The notes under the pieces are model-generated. The model did not search any database. It saw only the letters and a program-made list of their open reading frames with translations, and had not been told where the DNA came from. Below are positions 37,183 through 47,420 of a stretch of DNA of 64,000 nucleotides, in pieces; the first letter of the stretch is position 1; every line of letters begins with the position of its first letter. A program made the translations under genes and the position numbers. Location of the stretch: positions 71,540 through 135,539 of IMG/VR virus record IMGVR_UViG_3300020153_000001, one strand, 5' to 3'. Origin of the DNA: a virus.

Positions 37183-37551
37183 TTATAGCAAGGCGTCGAT
37201 TATAGCTCTAATGGCTTTAAAGATATTATTTCCGTCTATTATGACCCCCGTGATAACACCACCTATGGCTCCGGTTAGAAGACTACGAAGGACGTTAAAC
37301 CGCTTCTCCTGACATTGAAGACGATGCACCGATAACTTTTTATCGACATATTCTCTCATGTCATCTGATAGTTTACACGACCACTCTTTTAGAGTTCGCA
37401 TAAACTCATCGTGGAGCTTGGTATTTTCGTTTTTAACTTCGATAAGTGCTTTGGATACGGCTGAATCTATCAAAGCTGATACCCACTCACGGTCCTGCGC
37501 TGTCAGTGGCGGCATCGGACTGCTCCTTAGTAAACTTAACAAGCCTAGCAC
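37183..37551 (-). CDS. hypothetical protein with a C-terminal hydrophobic helix
   Basis: LLTGAIGGVITGVII segment. Confidence 0.5.
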   Translation of the reverse strand: MLGLLSLLRSSPMPPLTAQDREWVSALIDSAVSKALIEVKNENTKLHDEFMRTLKEWSCKLSDDMREYVDKKLSVHRLQCQEKRFNVLRSLLTGAIGGVITGVIIDGNNIFKAIRAIIDALL

Positions 37552-37735
37552 GTACTCTCGAATTGACTATATAGTCCTCGTATTCCACGTCGTATCCTGT
37601 TCGCAGATCGACAAACGGTACGTCGCCGACGTAGACTTTTACATGGAAGAATACGTCAGCGCCACCCCCAACAGGAGTGATAAAACCATAGCCCTTTTCG
37701 CGGAATATCTTCTTTATTTTGCCTTTCTTGAACAT
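37487..37735 (-). CDS. cold-shock domain protein
   Basis: KGYGFI (RNP1) and DVFFH (RNP2). Confidence 0.85.
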   Translation of the reverse strand: MFKKGKIKKIFREKGYGFITPVGGGADVFFHVKVYVGDVPFVDLRTGYDVEYEDYIVNSRVRARLVKFTKEQSDAATDSAGP

Positions 37736-37753
37736 AGCGAGCCTACCTCCATA

Positions 37754-38236
37754 CTAATCAACCATTAGCACGGATTTGAAATGACTTATAAGCGCCAGTA
37801 TAATAGCCTCGGCCTCGATAGTGCCGACGTGCCGACTGAGCGACTTGAAGACTATATCCGGTACACCGGCTATAACGCACAACTTGTCTTCCGTCAATAG
37901 TTTCGACCAAAAGTCCAACACTTTACCGCCGCCCAACGTGCTATAATCGAACTTATCTAACCGTATCGCAGACGAAACAACCGACGCGACTTCTGTCGAA
38001 CTTTCTGGCTCAGCGCCACCATAAACAAGCTCGACAATTCGGTCGAGAGGAATACGCATTACCTGGTTTAGGCCGTGTGTCGCCACAAAATATATAATAG
38101 CTTTGACAATGTCTGACTCTGTGGCTCGCCCTGCCGAAACATTATGTAGTATTTCTTCTTCCGATACGGACAGAAACGAATCCGGATCTGAGAAAAATTC
38201 CGCTACTTTATTATTTAGAAGCTCCCTTAACGACAC
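37754..38236 (-). CDS. hypothetical protein (160 aa)
   Basis: ORF in an operon-like run. Confidence 0.6.
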   Translation of the reverse strand: MSLRELLNNKVAEFFSDPDSFLSVSEEEILHNVSAGRATESDIVKAIIYFVATHGLNQVMRIPLDRIVELVYGGAEPESSTEVASVVSSAIRLDKFDYSTLGGGKVLDFWSKLLTEDKLCVIAGVPDIVFKSLSRHVGTIEAEAIILALISHFKSVLMVD

Positions 38237-38250
38237 CGTACTCTATCCTT

Positions 38251-41139
38251 TCATTTGTCTTTTATTTCCCCAGCCTCTTTTAGAGCTTTGTATAACGCGT
38301 TTAGCATAGAATCGTTACCACGATTAAGCGCGGGTAACAGCAGCCATTGCGTGGCGACCGGGGCGCTTTGAGAACGCACTTCCTCAATACCTTCGACAGC
38401 ACCTATAAGACCGTAACCAACGGCGCCCGGGGCAATACTAGAAACCCATCCTGGAATCCAGCTATTTGGAATCGCTCTTTGAATCACTTTACCTGCTGGC
38501 GTAACTATAACTAGCGGTGCTGCAGTACGACCCACGCCCAGCCAGAAGTCAGCTGTTCCCGGCGTGAGAATGAATTTATTCCCTGCTAACGACGAAGCGA
38601 GAGCAAGACTAGGAGACGTTGGCACAGAGACCGCATAATGGCTGCCAACATTCGTAGCCAAACTCAAAGCAGCCTGCAGGGCGGGAACACCTTCGGCTCT
38701 CAGCGTCGGCTGTTCTCTGCCAGACGCCTCGCCAGCGACCTGTGGCGGGCTGTAAATGTAGTTAATCAGCGCGGGCCATCCTTCCTTTGTTAGCAGTCCG
38801 GCAACCTCACGGGCTAATGTCGGAGAATATCTTGCTACGTTGTTCAACAATCGTTCGGTGATTTTTGGGCTACCGCCGGAAGCTATCACTATATTTCGCG
38901 CAACATACCTTCTATCAAACACATTGTTGAGTATCAGCGCGTCAAGCGTGGGATCAACGCGCGGCCTGTATTCAAACAGATACAACCGCTCCATATCATT
39001 TATTATTTCTCTCGAAATTATCTCTGACATTAGCAGCCGGTGCATACCTGATGGCATACGCCCAGCTAACACGTCGCCTGCACCGCTTCGGCGTGCCAAA
39101 AAGTGCTGTTTAGCTAGCCGCGGCAGTTCTATATTCTGGTACCACTCTAATAATATATTAAACTTAACAACGTCATTCATCGCTTTCTTGAACTTTTCCT
39201 CGTCTTTTAGCACATCTTCCTTAATACCTATAAGCGGTCTGCCATTCACTCGCTGGTTTCTCTCAAAATCATATATCTGTTCATGACCGACCGACTCAAA
39301 ACGGGATAACGTTCTAAACAAGTACCGTACAAATTCTTCGTAATTTAGCTTCATATTCTCTATTTCTTCTGTCGTTATAACTGTAACAGGCTTACCGCGG
39401 AAATTCATCACGCCACCGGCACCTATCACAGGTCCTGCAACATACCTTGTCGCTATAAGCGCCGGGGCTAAGACGTATGAAACATCGCGCTCGTCCTTTA
39501 CGTCAAGCTCGCTTGCTAAAAAGCTCAGACCCATTTCCGCTGGCGAACTGTCACTACCAGTCACTCCTTCAATAGCCCGGTCGTTACTAATAATGTTGCT
39601 AATCGCATCGCGGTCTTCCAACGACAGTTTAATGATCTCCCTAGCTTTAACTTGGCTATATACCGGCGCGGTCGCCGGTACAGCTGGTACAAGCAAGGGT
39701 GAAAATAAAATAAACGGCATAACGCCCTCGGGTGGTATCGGTTTATCTGTTTTGGCGAGCTTTTTAAATGACGTTATGACTTTCGGAGAAGTTTCAGCTC
39801 CCAGCTTCGCTAAATAGTCGGCTACGGCTATATGCTTGTTTTCTATGTCATCCGGCCATATACCAAGTGCTGCCCGTGAGCCTGATATGAGTAGATAATC
39901 AAGGCGTTTTTGATCAACGAATAGTCCGCCGTGAAGCGACAAAAGACCGAAGGCCGACTGGCCTCCTTCGTGTGCCGGTGCTGTTGCTAGATACATTGCA
40001 GTATTTCTCAGAGTAGCTTCGCGATTTTCTTTTGCACGAAGGAATGAAAGATCGGTTGATGATAATGCAGGCCCGGCTATCGCAAGCCACTTGTAAAATT
40101 TCATAGCTTGCGACACAGCCTGCATGGATCCGGTTGGCGTGAACAGTCCGATTAGAATCGAACCAACCGAATCGATCAAACGTGTCGCTTCACTACCAAC
40201 ATCTATGTAGTCTCCGAAGATATCATACGCAATCTGTTCTGGCACCGTGCCGCCAAGCCATCGGGTAACTGTCGCGTATAAACCAGTCACTGGCCGTTGT
40301 CTAGCCCATTCCGGCGCCTCTTTTCCTGTAAGCCGACCATATAAATGGGCTGTCCCCACACGTAGGTCTTGGAAAGGAATCCCTGCTGACTCTCCGATGT
40401 ATCTCGCAGCATGTTGTATATAAGATGTTAGAGAACGCGGCGATGCACCTAATATCTCGAGATAGTGGTTACGTAACTCTACGAAGTTGCGTATTGTTTG
40501 CTTCTGTGCGTCTGTGAGGCTGTAGTTATATATTGCACTTTGATATCGCGTATCTTCGTCCTTACTTATCAGCTTTAGTAATTCTATAAGGAATGCACGA
40601 CTTGCTACGGTCAATAACTCCTCTTTGCTTAACGGGTTCGTTCCCTCGATGCGAAGTCTGCGGTGTAGGTTGGGTGTTGTACCAACTAGTTTAAGTGCAT
40701 ATGGGTCTATCGGTGGAACGTGTATAATCGCCGAACTCTCCGGCTTTTGTGCAGGAAAGATGTCCGGACCAACAGGTCGGTTTATGGGGCGTTTAGACCG
40801 TTCTAGCAACCAATGTGCCTGTTCGCCAGTAACAAAAACGTCCGGGTCCGGAAACGGCAGCGTCCGAAAAGGCGGTTCGCTAATTATATGTAGTGCTTTC
40901 GGTTCTGTAGAACCCGTTTGATATCGCGGTGTTGCGGTACTTTGAGGAACAACTTTGAGCGATTTTGGTGGCAACGGTATATTTATATTGTCGCCTCCGA
41001 CAACGACAGCCTTACTCCGGTCGTCCGTCAACCTTCCCCTTAGGTCATCCAAGATACTGCCGAAATCCTCAGCGTACTTTATATTTACCAGCCTTAGAAT
41101 GTCGTCAATCGTTAATGCTATCGAAAGCCTATTCATCAT
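38251..41139 (-). CDS. large hypothetical protein (962 aa), possibly virion
   Basis: Long ORF near the portal-like gene. Confidence 0.7.
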   Translation of the reverse strand: MMNRLSIALTIDDILRLVNIKYAEDFGSILDDLRGRLTDDRSKAVVVGGDNINIPLPPKSLKVVPQSTATPRYQTGSTEPKALHIISEPPFRTLPFPDPDVFVTGEQAHWLLERSKRPINRPVGPDIFPAQKPESSAIIHVPPIDPYALKLVGTTPNLHRRLRIEGTNPLSKEELLTVASRAFLIELLKLISKDEDTRYQSAIYNYSLTDAQKQTIRNFVELRNHYLEILGASPRSLTSYIQHAARYIGESAGIPFQDLRVGTAHLYGRLTGKEAPEWARQRPVTGLYATVTRWLGGTVPEQIAYDIFGDYIDVGSEATRLIDSVGSILIGLFTPTGSMQAVSQAMKFYKWLAIAGPALSSTDLSFLRAKENREATLRNTAMYLATAPAHEGGQSAFGLLSLHGGLFVDQKRLDYLLISGSRAALGIWPDDIENKHIAVADYLAKLGAETSPKVITSFKKLAKTDKPIPPEGVMPFILFSPLLVPAVPATAPVYSQVKAREIIKLSLEDRDAISNIISNDRAIEGVTGSDSSPAEMGLSFLASELDVKDERDVSYVLAPALIATRYVAGPVIGAGGVMNFRGKPVTVITTEEIENMKLNYEEFVRYLFRTLSRFESVGHEQIYDFERNQRVNGRPLIGIKEDVLKDEEKFKKAMNDVVKFNILLEWYQNIELPRLAKQHFLARRSGAGDVLAGRMPSGMHRLLMSEIISREIINDMERLYLFEYRPRVDPTLDALILNNVFDRRYVARNIVIASGGSPKITERLLNNVARYSPTLAREVAGLLTKEGWPALINYIYSPPQVAGEASGREQPTLRAEGVPALQAALSLATNVGSHYAVSVPTSPSLALASSLAGNKFILTPGTADFWLGVGRTAAPLVIVTPAGKVIQRAIPNSWIPGWVSSIAPGAVGYGLIGAVEGIEEVRSQSAPVATQWLLLPALNRGNDSMLNALYKALKEAGEIKDK

Positions 41140-41468
41140 TTACCTCCTGCCATATTACGAAGCTTATTTATAAGGTTTGTATTCTGTTGTTGCTGTATTG
41201 GATTGCTAACAACTTCTGTACGTACCGCTTCTTCAACTTCGTCGAAGCTTTGCGGAGGCATAACTGGTACATCTACAGGCCTAAGATCATCTACGTTTAT
41301 TGTTTCGCTTGATAATTCGATGTCGGACTTTATGTTAATAAAACAACTTAATATTCGATTCCTGTCCAAGCCGTTGCGTCCATGGATACGGTCGTAAAGC
41401 GTCGGCGCACCTGGAATGACTAACGAGGTTGGATTAAGGGGAAGTTTATTTACCCAGAATATTTCCAT
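41136..41468 (-). CDS. hypothetical protein
   Basis: ATG at 41468 immediately follows the palindrome. Confidence 0.55.
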   Translation of the reverse strand: MEIFWVNKLPLNPTSLVIPGAPTLYDRIHGRNGLDRNRILSCFINIKSDIELSSETINVDDLRPVDVPVMPPQSFDEVEEAVRTEVVSNPIQQQQNTNLINKLRNMAGGK

Positions 41469-41488
41469 TTTTGACTCCGGAGTCAAAA
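41469..41488. repeat. 20-bp palindrome, copy 9
   Basis: Minus strand reads TAA-GAT-palindrome-ATG. Confidence 0.97.
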
Positions 41489-41491
41489 ATC

Positions 41492-43414
41492 TTACCTAGG
41501 CATCATGGCGCGTCTTGCCATACGGCCCATTTCTCTATCCATTTCTTCTATCTTGGCCTTAACGAGAGCGTGGACGGTCGGATTCTTGACACGAAGCTTA
41601 CGCAACTCGCTAATTCTCTGCCCAAGCGGCAGGCTAAATAGCTGTTGAGCAAGAGTTGTTGCAATCTGCTCTAGGTCTTGTACGGTCATAGTCGACTGCC
41701 GCATTGTAAGCTGCGCCAGTGTCTGCTCGGCAGGCGATACTGGTCCCGGCGGAACAGGCGGCTGCCCTTGAGCAGGAGGCGGACCAGCCATACCACCAGC
41801 CTGGGGCGGCATTGGCCCCCCGGCGATGGCTGGCGGCTGACCACCAATAACGGCTTCCGCGTCGCCCGTGCCAACAGGAATGCTGAGGAGCTGACGCATA
41901 GCTTGGCTTTTCTCGATGTCTTCCTTGGCCTTCTCCATAAGCGCCGTAAGCTGTTTTTCCTCCGTAAGCGACTGCTGCGTTTCTTCGATGAAATCCTCTA
42001 TGCCAAGCCCGCGCAGTGCCGTCGATTTGGATACGAGACCTGCCTGCATGAGTTGTATTTTGGCAAGCTGTTTATTGATATCATCGCTGATAGACGGCTT
42101 CAGTAACTTGACTTGTACTCTGTCCCAGTCCAACAATGCCGCTATCTTGTCTACAACCCATTGCAGGAATCTATTAAATATATGAATCACGTAAGACCAG
42201 TTCGTCTCGAATAGGCGTAACGCGGCAGGAGCAGCCTGGACGGAAAGGGACCCCTTATACAATTCCATGGGTATCCCGACCGATTCCAGAAGCTCGGCTC
42301 GAATGTATTCGAGCAGCTGTACCGGGGCAAGATGCGAAGCTTCTGCTCCAACGAACTGGTATTGAACAGGAAATGGGAATATGGCCCAGCTTGTTGGATC
42401 GTATCTCCTAGCTTGCACGGCGAAGTGCAGCTGTTGTGCTATAACGCCGGCGTCATCGGCTGCTAGCGCATCCCCGATAGCGCCGCCTCTAGCGGCTGGT
42501 GTCAATATCCTAAGAGGTATTATGTAGTCTAATGCTACAGCTTCATTGTGTCTGTGAAATAGGGCAACAAGCCAGGCTTGGCGGAAATGAGCTAGTAATG
42601 GACTTATTCCCCATCCCCTAAGAATATGCCCGGCAAGCGTGGGAACTTTAGCGTGGAATAGCTCGGACGGATAAAATCGGATATTCTGGTTTTTGGCAGC
42701 AGCCTGAAGTACCTCGTCCGGAGCATTGGCTATAACCAGGGGAGATCCTCTCGCAACTTCTGTCCTAAAATATGCCGGTATTCGCCATATATGTCTCGTA
42801 GCACCTGAAAATGGATCGAATTCGATTTCAATCTCGAATGGCGACCAACGCTTTATTATGAGCTTTTCTGCCACAATGTTGCGGCGAGTTACGGTCTGCC
42901 AATTTGTGGGACGTTTACACTGCGGGCATATTGCACGCAGATTACCATCAGCCCACTTAGCTTTCGTACTTTCACTATTGTCTAGCAATCGAAGAACGGT
43001 CGTTTCAAACGAGCAGTTTTTATGCTCGCACCTGGCAAACTTCTCGAACGGCGCTATGACACTAACAAAAGCGTTGCCATACGTAAAGTAATCCAACCCA
43101 AAGGATTTTAGATGACTATGAATACCGAGAATGTTCTCAAGAAGATCCTTATAGCTTCGTTTGCCTTCCCTATCCGTACCTATGATGTCTATTTCCGTAA
43201 TAAAGTACGATATAACGCGCTCTATCGCCGACCTATATACGGGCTGCGTGGTTACAAGAAACTCACAAAGGCGCAGCGCATCCCACAACGTTGCGGGAAG
43301 CTGCGTACTGGCATAGTCAAACCAGGGCGCAGGGAAGGGTTGGAATCTAGCACGATATGTGTACGCATCGCCAAACGCGCCTGCCCCTGTTGTTTGAAAT
43401 GGGTTGTCTATCAT
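41492..43414 (-). CDS. putative portal protein
   Basis: Size and position near terminase; YFTYGNAFV-type motif, Zn-finger insert, helical core and Pro/Gln-rich C-terminus. Confidence 0.55.
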   Translation of the reverse strand: MIDNPFQTTGAGAFGDAYTYRARFQPFPAPWFDYASTQLPATLWDALRLCEFLVTTQPVYRSAIERVISYFITEIDIIGTDREGKRSYKDLLENILGIHSHLKSFGLDYFTYGNAFVSVIAPFEKFARCEHKNCSFETTVLRLLDNSESTKAKWADGNLRAICPQCKRPTNWQTVTRRNIVAEKLIIKRWSPFEIEIEFDPFSGATRHIWRIPAYFRTEVARGSPLVIANAPDEVLQAAAKNQNIRFYPSELFHAKVPTLAGHILRGWGISPLLAHFRQAWLVALFHRHNEAVALDYIIPLRILTPAARGGAIGDALAADDAGVIAQQLHFAVQARRYDPTSWAIFPFPVQYQFVGAEASHLAPVQLLEYIRAELLESVGIPMELYKGSLSVQAAPAALRLFETNWSYVIHIFNRFLQWVVDKIAALLDWDRVQVKLLKPSISDDINKQLAKIQLMQAGLVSKSTALRGLGIEDFIEETQQSLTEEKQLTALMEKAKEDIEKSQAMRQLLSIPVGTGDAEAVIGGQPPAIAGGPMPPQAGGMAGPPPAQGQPPVPPGPVSPAEQTLAQLTMRQSTMTVQDLEQIATTLAQQLFSLPLGQRISELRKLRVKNPTVHALVKAKIEEMDREMGRMARRAMMPR

Positions 43415-43416
43415 GA

Positions 43417-44094
43417 CTAGACGTTCTGATCGGGAAAGCGTTCTTCTAGGATTTTGAATACCTGAAACTTTAATCCGTCGAACTCAAAGTGCCCGTATTC
43501 GCTTGTTTTGGTTATCAACACACTATTCTCGCCGTTAATATAGATACCAATAACCGAGTCTGTCGAAGTAACGAAATCTAGCATTTCGTCCTTTTCGTCG
43601 TCGAGCGACCTTATCAAGACGATATACCTGCCGCCTTCTGTAATCACGTATTTGTGATATTTGCTCGTAATAAGGATGGGAGAATTGGTAACGGCAAACG
43701 TTACTTTGATGTCGTTTTTGCGTTTAGTTTCCGGAACAACAGGAGCGATACTTGCCGTCGACACTATGTTGTTCGCGCCTGTCGGAGTTTGATGGTTTTG
43801 CATAACAGAGCGCAGTAGATCTGTCCCCTTTGCGTTACGTACAGGTTCTACTTTGCCTGTAGTCGGATCAAAAATACGTTCAAACTCCGTACCAGGGTCA
43901 ATAATGACAGGATTTGCTTTTTTGGGATCATACCAGGACATGACACCTCCCTTAGATCTTGGGACTTGGTACGACGGACCACGAAAACCATACATCTCGG
44001 CCAAATTTGGAATCTCAATGATTCCCATCATTTGGCCGTCTGGATCTTTTCTAGACAGAGCGCGCGCCTCTGCTGAAGAATAACTAAATGACAT
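43417..44094 (-). CDS. hypothetical protein (225 aa)
   Basis: ORF. Confidence 0.6.
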   Translation of the reverse strand: MSFSYSSAEARALSRKDPDGQMMGIIEIPNLAEMYGFRGPSYQVPRSKGGVMSWYDPKKANPVIIDPGTEFERIFDPTTGKVEPVRNAKGTDLLRSVMQNHQTPTGANNIVSTASIAPVVPETKRKNDIKVTFAVTNSPILITSKYHKYVITEGGRYIVLIRSLDDEKDEMLDFVTSTDSVIGIYINGENSVLITKTSEYGHFEFDGLKFQVFKILEERFPDQNV

Positions 44095-44440
44095 CTATAT
44101 CTTCCTGCGCCGCGTTATCAAGACATATTGGATAGTATTGCCCACTAGGAGAAACAACAGATAACGGATTATTGCGTATGCTCCACTTCTGACCTTCAAA
44201 CATATAAACGAATAAAGGATAGTCCTTCTTCGTCTGATGTAGCTCTAACAGCTTAGATTTGCACTGCTCTACGTCATCAAGTTCAACCAATGTCGGCTTC
44301 CCGGCCATCGAAGCTATAACAAGATAGAACTTATTACGGCCAGACTTCTTTAATGCTTCGGCGGCCTGTTTTAACGCCACGGCTAGACCTTCAATTACGC
44401 CGACATCTTCAGCCTTAAATTGGTCTTCCATACTTGGCAA
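44084..44440 (-). CDS. hypothetical protein (118 aa)
   Basis: ORF overlapping its neighbours. Confidence 0.55.
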   Translation of the reverse strand: MPSMEDQFKAEDVGVIEGLAVALKQAAEALKKSGRNKFYLVIASMAGKPTLVELDDVEQCKSKLLELHQTKKDYPLFVYMFEGQKWSIRNNPLSVVSPSGQYYPICLDNAAQEDIDVI

Positions 44441-45578
44441 GCTCCACCCACACGGACTCTGGAATCTTATAGCCGCGTTCGACCCTCATAATCGGCGTTA
44501 TACCCATACCCGCTACAACGTCGTCAAAAATATCGCCGTGTTTGAACGACGCAAGCGCCTCTTGCAAACGTGCCTTGTCGAACTTATCAAAGTCAGGATC
44601 TGAAGCAAGTTTAGTAAATGTCTCTCCGAGCGAGTCCTTCAGCATAGACGGCGTGATGGCATCAAATGCTTTGGCGTCGTAGATCGCGCCAGTTGTTGGA
44701 TTGACGATTATATCGACGGCTTCGGCGTCCTTTTCGGTTATAGTAAATACATAGTCCTCCGGAAGCCCCGCTAAACGGTAGTGCCGAGTCCACCTATTAG
44801 CGTTATCGATCTGGTCGATAAGCTCAAGGACAGATTGCGCCTCTGCTATCTTAACAGCGGCAGATTTTTCTCCGCCAGCCATCTTCTTTGCCAAAACTTC
44901 TAGCTCTTTTGCAAGATCGTATTTACCGTCGGCACGAGCCATATTTACCCGGCTTCTAATAATATTGCATAACCCCTCTATAGAGGGGATGCCGATACAT
45001 GCTGACTTTAGTATGCAATCTAGTTCGTCTTTAATAAAGGCGCTTTCTCGCTCGGCCGCTGCCAGTATTTTAGTCGCCATCTGCTGTCTGTCGGCGAAGC
45101 TGGAAATATCTGTTCTGTTTTCGCTGAAATACTTTGCAGCCGCCTTAACTTCGTGTCGGTTCCTCAGCGGATAATACCGGCGCTTATGGCCCGCGACGAC
45201 CTTAACAAGAGCAAAATAGTCGTCTGGAAGATCGTTGTCGCTGGCTGTCTTCTCTAAAGCCTCGACTATGTCCTTCTTAAGCTTCAGAACCTCGTCTGTT
45301 ATATTGAATAGGTCGGCTGCCTCTAAAATACGCCGCTCCACGTTTTCGTCTGCATTCTTCTCCAACCAAAAATAAGCCGCCGAAACCCATACGGCAGCGG
45401 GATTTGTTATTGGATAGCGTTTCCTATATGGATCAGCGTAGTCAAGGCTGCCCTTAGCATCCTTGCCGTAAATAGCATCAGCAGACGCTAACTTTACAAA
45501 TTCCGGCGCGTTAAAGCTAGAGATTATGTTGGCAGTTCTTTGCCCGCTTTGGTCAGTACGTTGATCAAAAATGGCCAT
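44415..45578 (-). CDS. hypothetical protein (387 aa) with a repeated YP......V..A..YF motif
   Basis: YPITNPAAVWVSAAYF and YPLRNRHEVKAAAKYF; GGAGG SD. Confidence 0.65.
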   Translation of the reverse strand: MAIFDQRTDQSGQRTANIISSFNAPEFVKLASADAIYGKDAKGSLDYADPYRKRYPITNPAAVWVSAAYFWLEKNADENVERRILEAADLFNITDEVLKLKKDIVEALEKTASDNDLPDDYFALVKVVAGHKRRYYPLRNRHEVKAAAKYFSENRTDISSFADRQQMATKILAAAERESAFIKDELDCILKSACIGIPSIEGLCNIIRSRVNMARADGKYDLAKELEVLAKKMAGGEKSAAVKIAEAQSVLELIDQIDNANRWTRHYRLAGLPEDYVFTITEKDAEAVDIIVNPTTGAIYDAKAFDAITPSMLKDSLGETFTKLASDPDFDKFDKARLQEALASFKHGDIFDDVVAGMGITPIMRVERGYKIPESVWVELAKYGRPI

Positions 45579-45600
45579 ATTATTAGACCTCCGTTGGAAA

Positions 45601-45620
45601 TTTTGACTCCGGAGTCAAAA
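45601..45620. repeat. 20-bp palindrome, copy 10
   Basis: Exact match between the terminase stop and the SD of the next gene. Confidence 0.95.
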
Positions 45621-45647
45621 ATTATCTCTAAACTCTATTATAACTTA

Positions 45648-47420
45648 TTAGGCCGTCGTCTCTGAGGCATAGCTGGCAAGTATATTGGCCAAATCCGGCC
45701 AGCGGGTACGTATCCATATAGCCGAGCAGGCGTAGTTTACGGCGTGAACGAAGTCGTCTATCGACCCTGGCTGCTTAGAAATATGATAACGCTCCCTGAT
45801 AATAGACTGCGTCCGATCCTCTTTCAAAGATAGAAAGTCCGTAGTAAGACAACTATCCGGATCGTCCTTCTTATATGCAAAGAACTGTATATGGCCTAGC
45901 TTGATAAGTGCACATAGAAGCTGTAGCGTTTTTGACTTATGCAACAATACATATGGACGAGGTTGTAACGGCGACGGTTCCTTTATCTTATAGACAGCCT
46001 CCATGCTTGTTCCGCTATATAGCATAGGAATTATCTTGTTGTCTGGAAATCCTGCGTTAATAAGTATGGTTTCACGAACCATGCCGCCGCCGCCGTAGTC
46101 GTGAGCCAGAATAGTTGGATTAAAATGATAACAGTATCGACATATTTCGGCAGCCTCGCGTAGATGATCGTTTGGGGTAAGTAATCGCTTACCCCAAATT
46201 ACGTGCAGCTTACCATCGGGGCACAGTCCTACAAGAGCCAATGTCGTAAAGCTTGTCATTTCTTCCCCGCCACCACCCCAGTCTATACCTAATGCCGTAA
46301 TAATGTAGTCTTTTGCTTTCTCTATAGCAGTCTCGTCCTTATTCTCCCACAGAGTTGATGCTCGCTGTAGATCTACTTCGCCGACTAGAGCCGCAGAAGC
46401 GTCATACGGCCAACCCATGACCTCGTTATAGAATATGTACGCCGGCCCGTTTATTTTCTTAAGAAGCGTCGCCCAGTTCCGCTGGTTTGCATAATGATGT
46501 GGCAGCAATATCTGTGGAACGTGGTATCCAGTAAATTCGTGAACGCGATCCTTGAACCTATGGACCCACATACCATTTCTGGGGGATATGGGCTGCCGAC
46601 ATTTGTGGCATAAAAGAGCAGGGTATCGTTCGGATATCTTATCGTGAACTGGCCCGAGTAACTTTTCGAGATGATAGTCTGGCGACGGTATATTCCATGT
46701 CGTAAGACCATTTGTAGTGCAATGGGTGCATCGAATAAACCATTCAGCTTGGCTGCTTCGGTACCATAGCGTCGCTAACGTGTTGCTTGTTGTTTTCGGC
46801 GTCCCAGCGTAAAGAGCCTGTACCCCAAATTTAGCGTGGGAGAGAGTCTCTTTAATGATGTCTATGGTCGGCAATAGCATGTCTTGCGTCTCGTCGCACA
46901 ATAGTCTTGTGGACGCGATACCTCTTGTACGGTCAGGATTATCGTAGGCATAAGTGAGTATCACGTGAGAACCGTTAGTAAAGTCCTTCTGGAATACCTG
47001 GTCGACGCTGTCTTTGCCCATTAATATCCTACCAATTACAGAAGAACGCAGTATTGGACTAAGATATAGTGTGCTGAAGCGGGTAGCGTGTATTTCTCTG
47101 GGAAATACGACCGTAACCGTAAAATATGGTACGCTAGCTGCCAAAAGAAGGCTCTGGACGGCGATATTAGTGGTTTTGCCGACCTGCCTGCCGCACATTA
47201 GGACCGTTTCCATCGGCTGGCGGAGGCTAAAGAGAGGCGAGAAGACAAAATGATCTTCTAGAGTTAGTGGTTCGCCGTTTATGCTGAATAGAAAAGGCAG
47301 AAGCGGTACAGCGCTGCTATTGTTCTGTGCTATCAACGCCAGCTCTGAAAGAGCTTTTTCGACATCTCTTTGGTGTCCGACGCTAGAACCGTTAGTTGAA
47401 ACAGGAGCCGACTCGAACAT
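45648..47420 (-). CDS. terminase large subunit
   Basis: Walker A-like CGRQVGKT, Walker B LLCDETQD, nuclease GIDWG and DDFVHA. Confidence 0.82.
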   Translation of the reverse strand: MFESAPVSTNGSSVGHQRDVEKALSELALIAQNNSSAVPLLPFLFSINGEPLTLEDHFVFSPLFSLRQPMETVLMCGRQVGKTTNIAVQSLLLAASVPYFTVTVVFPREIHATRFSTLYLSPILRSSVIGRILMGKDSVDQVFQKDFTNGSHVILTYAYDNPDRTRGIASTRLLCDETQDMLLPTIDIIKETLSHAKFGVQALYAGTPKTTSNTLATLWYRSSQAEWFIRCTHCTTNGLTTWNIPSPDYHLEKLLGPVHDKISERYPALLCHKCRQPISPRNGMWVHRFKDRVHEFTGYHVPQILLPHHYANQRNWATLLKKINGPAYIFYNEVMGWPYDASAALVGEVDLQRASTLWENKDETAIEKAKDYIITALGIDWGGGGEEMTSFTTLALVGLCPDGKLHVIWGKRLLTPNDHLREAAEICRYCYHFNPTILAHDYGGGGMVRETILINAGFPDNKIIPMLYSGTSMEAVYKIKEPSPLQPRPYVLLHKSKTLQLLCALIKLGHIQFFAYKKDDPDSCLTTDFLSLKEDRTQSIIRERYHISKQPGSIDDFVHAVNYACSAIWIRTRWPDLANILASYASETTA

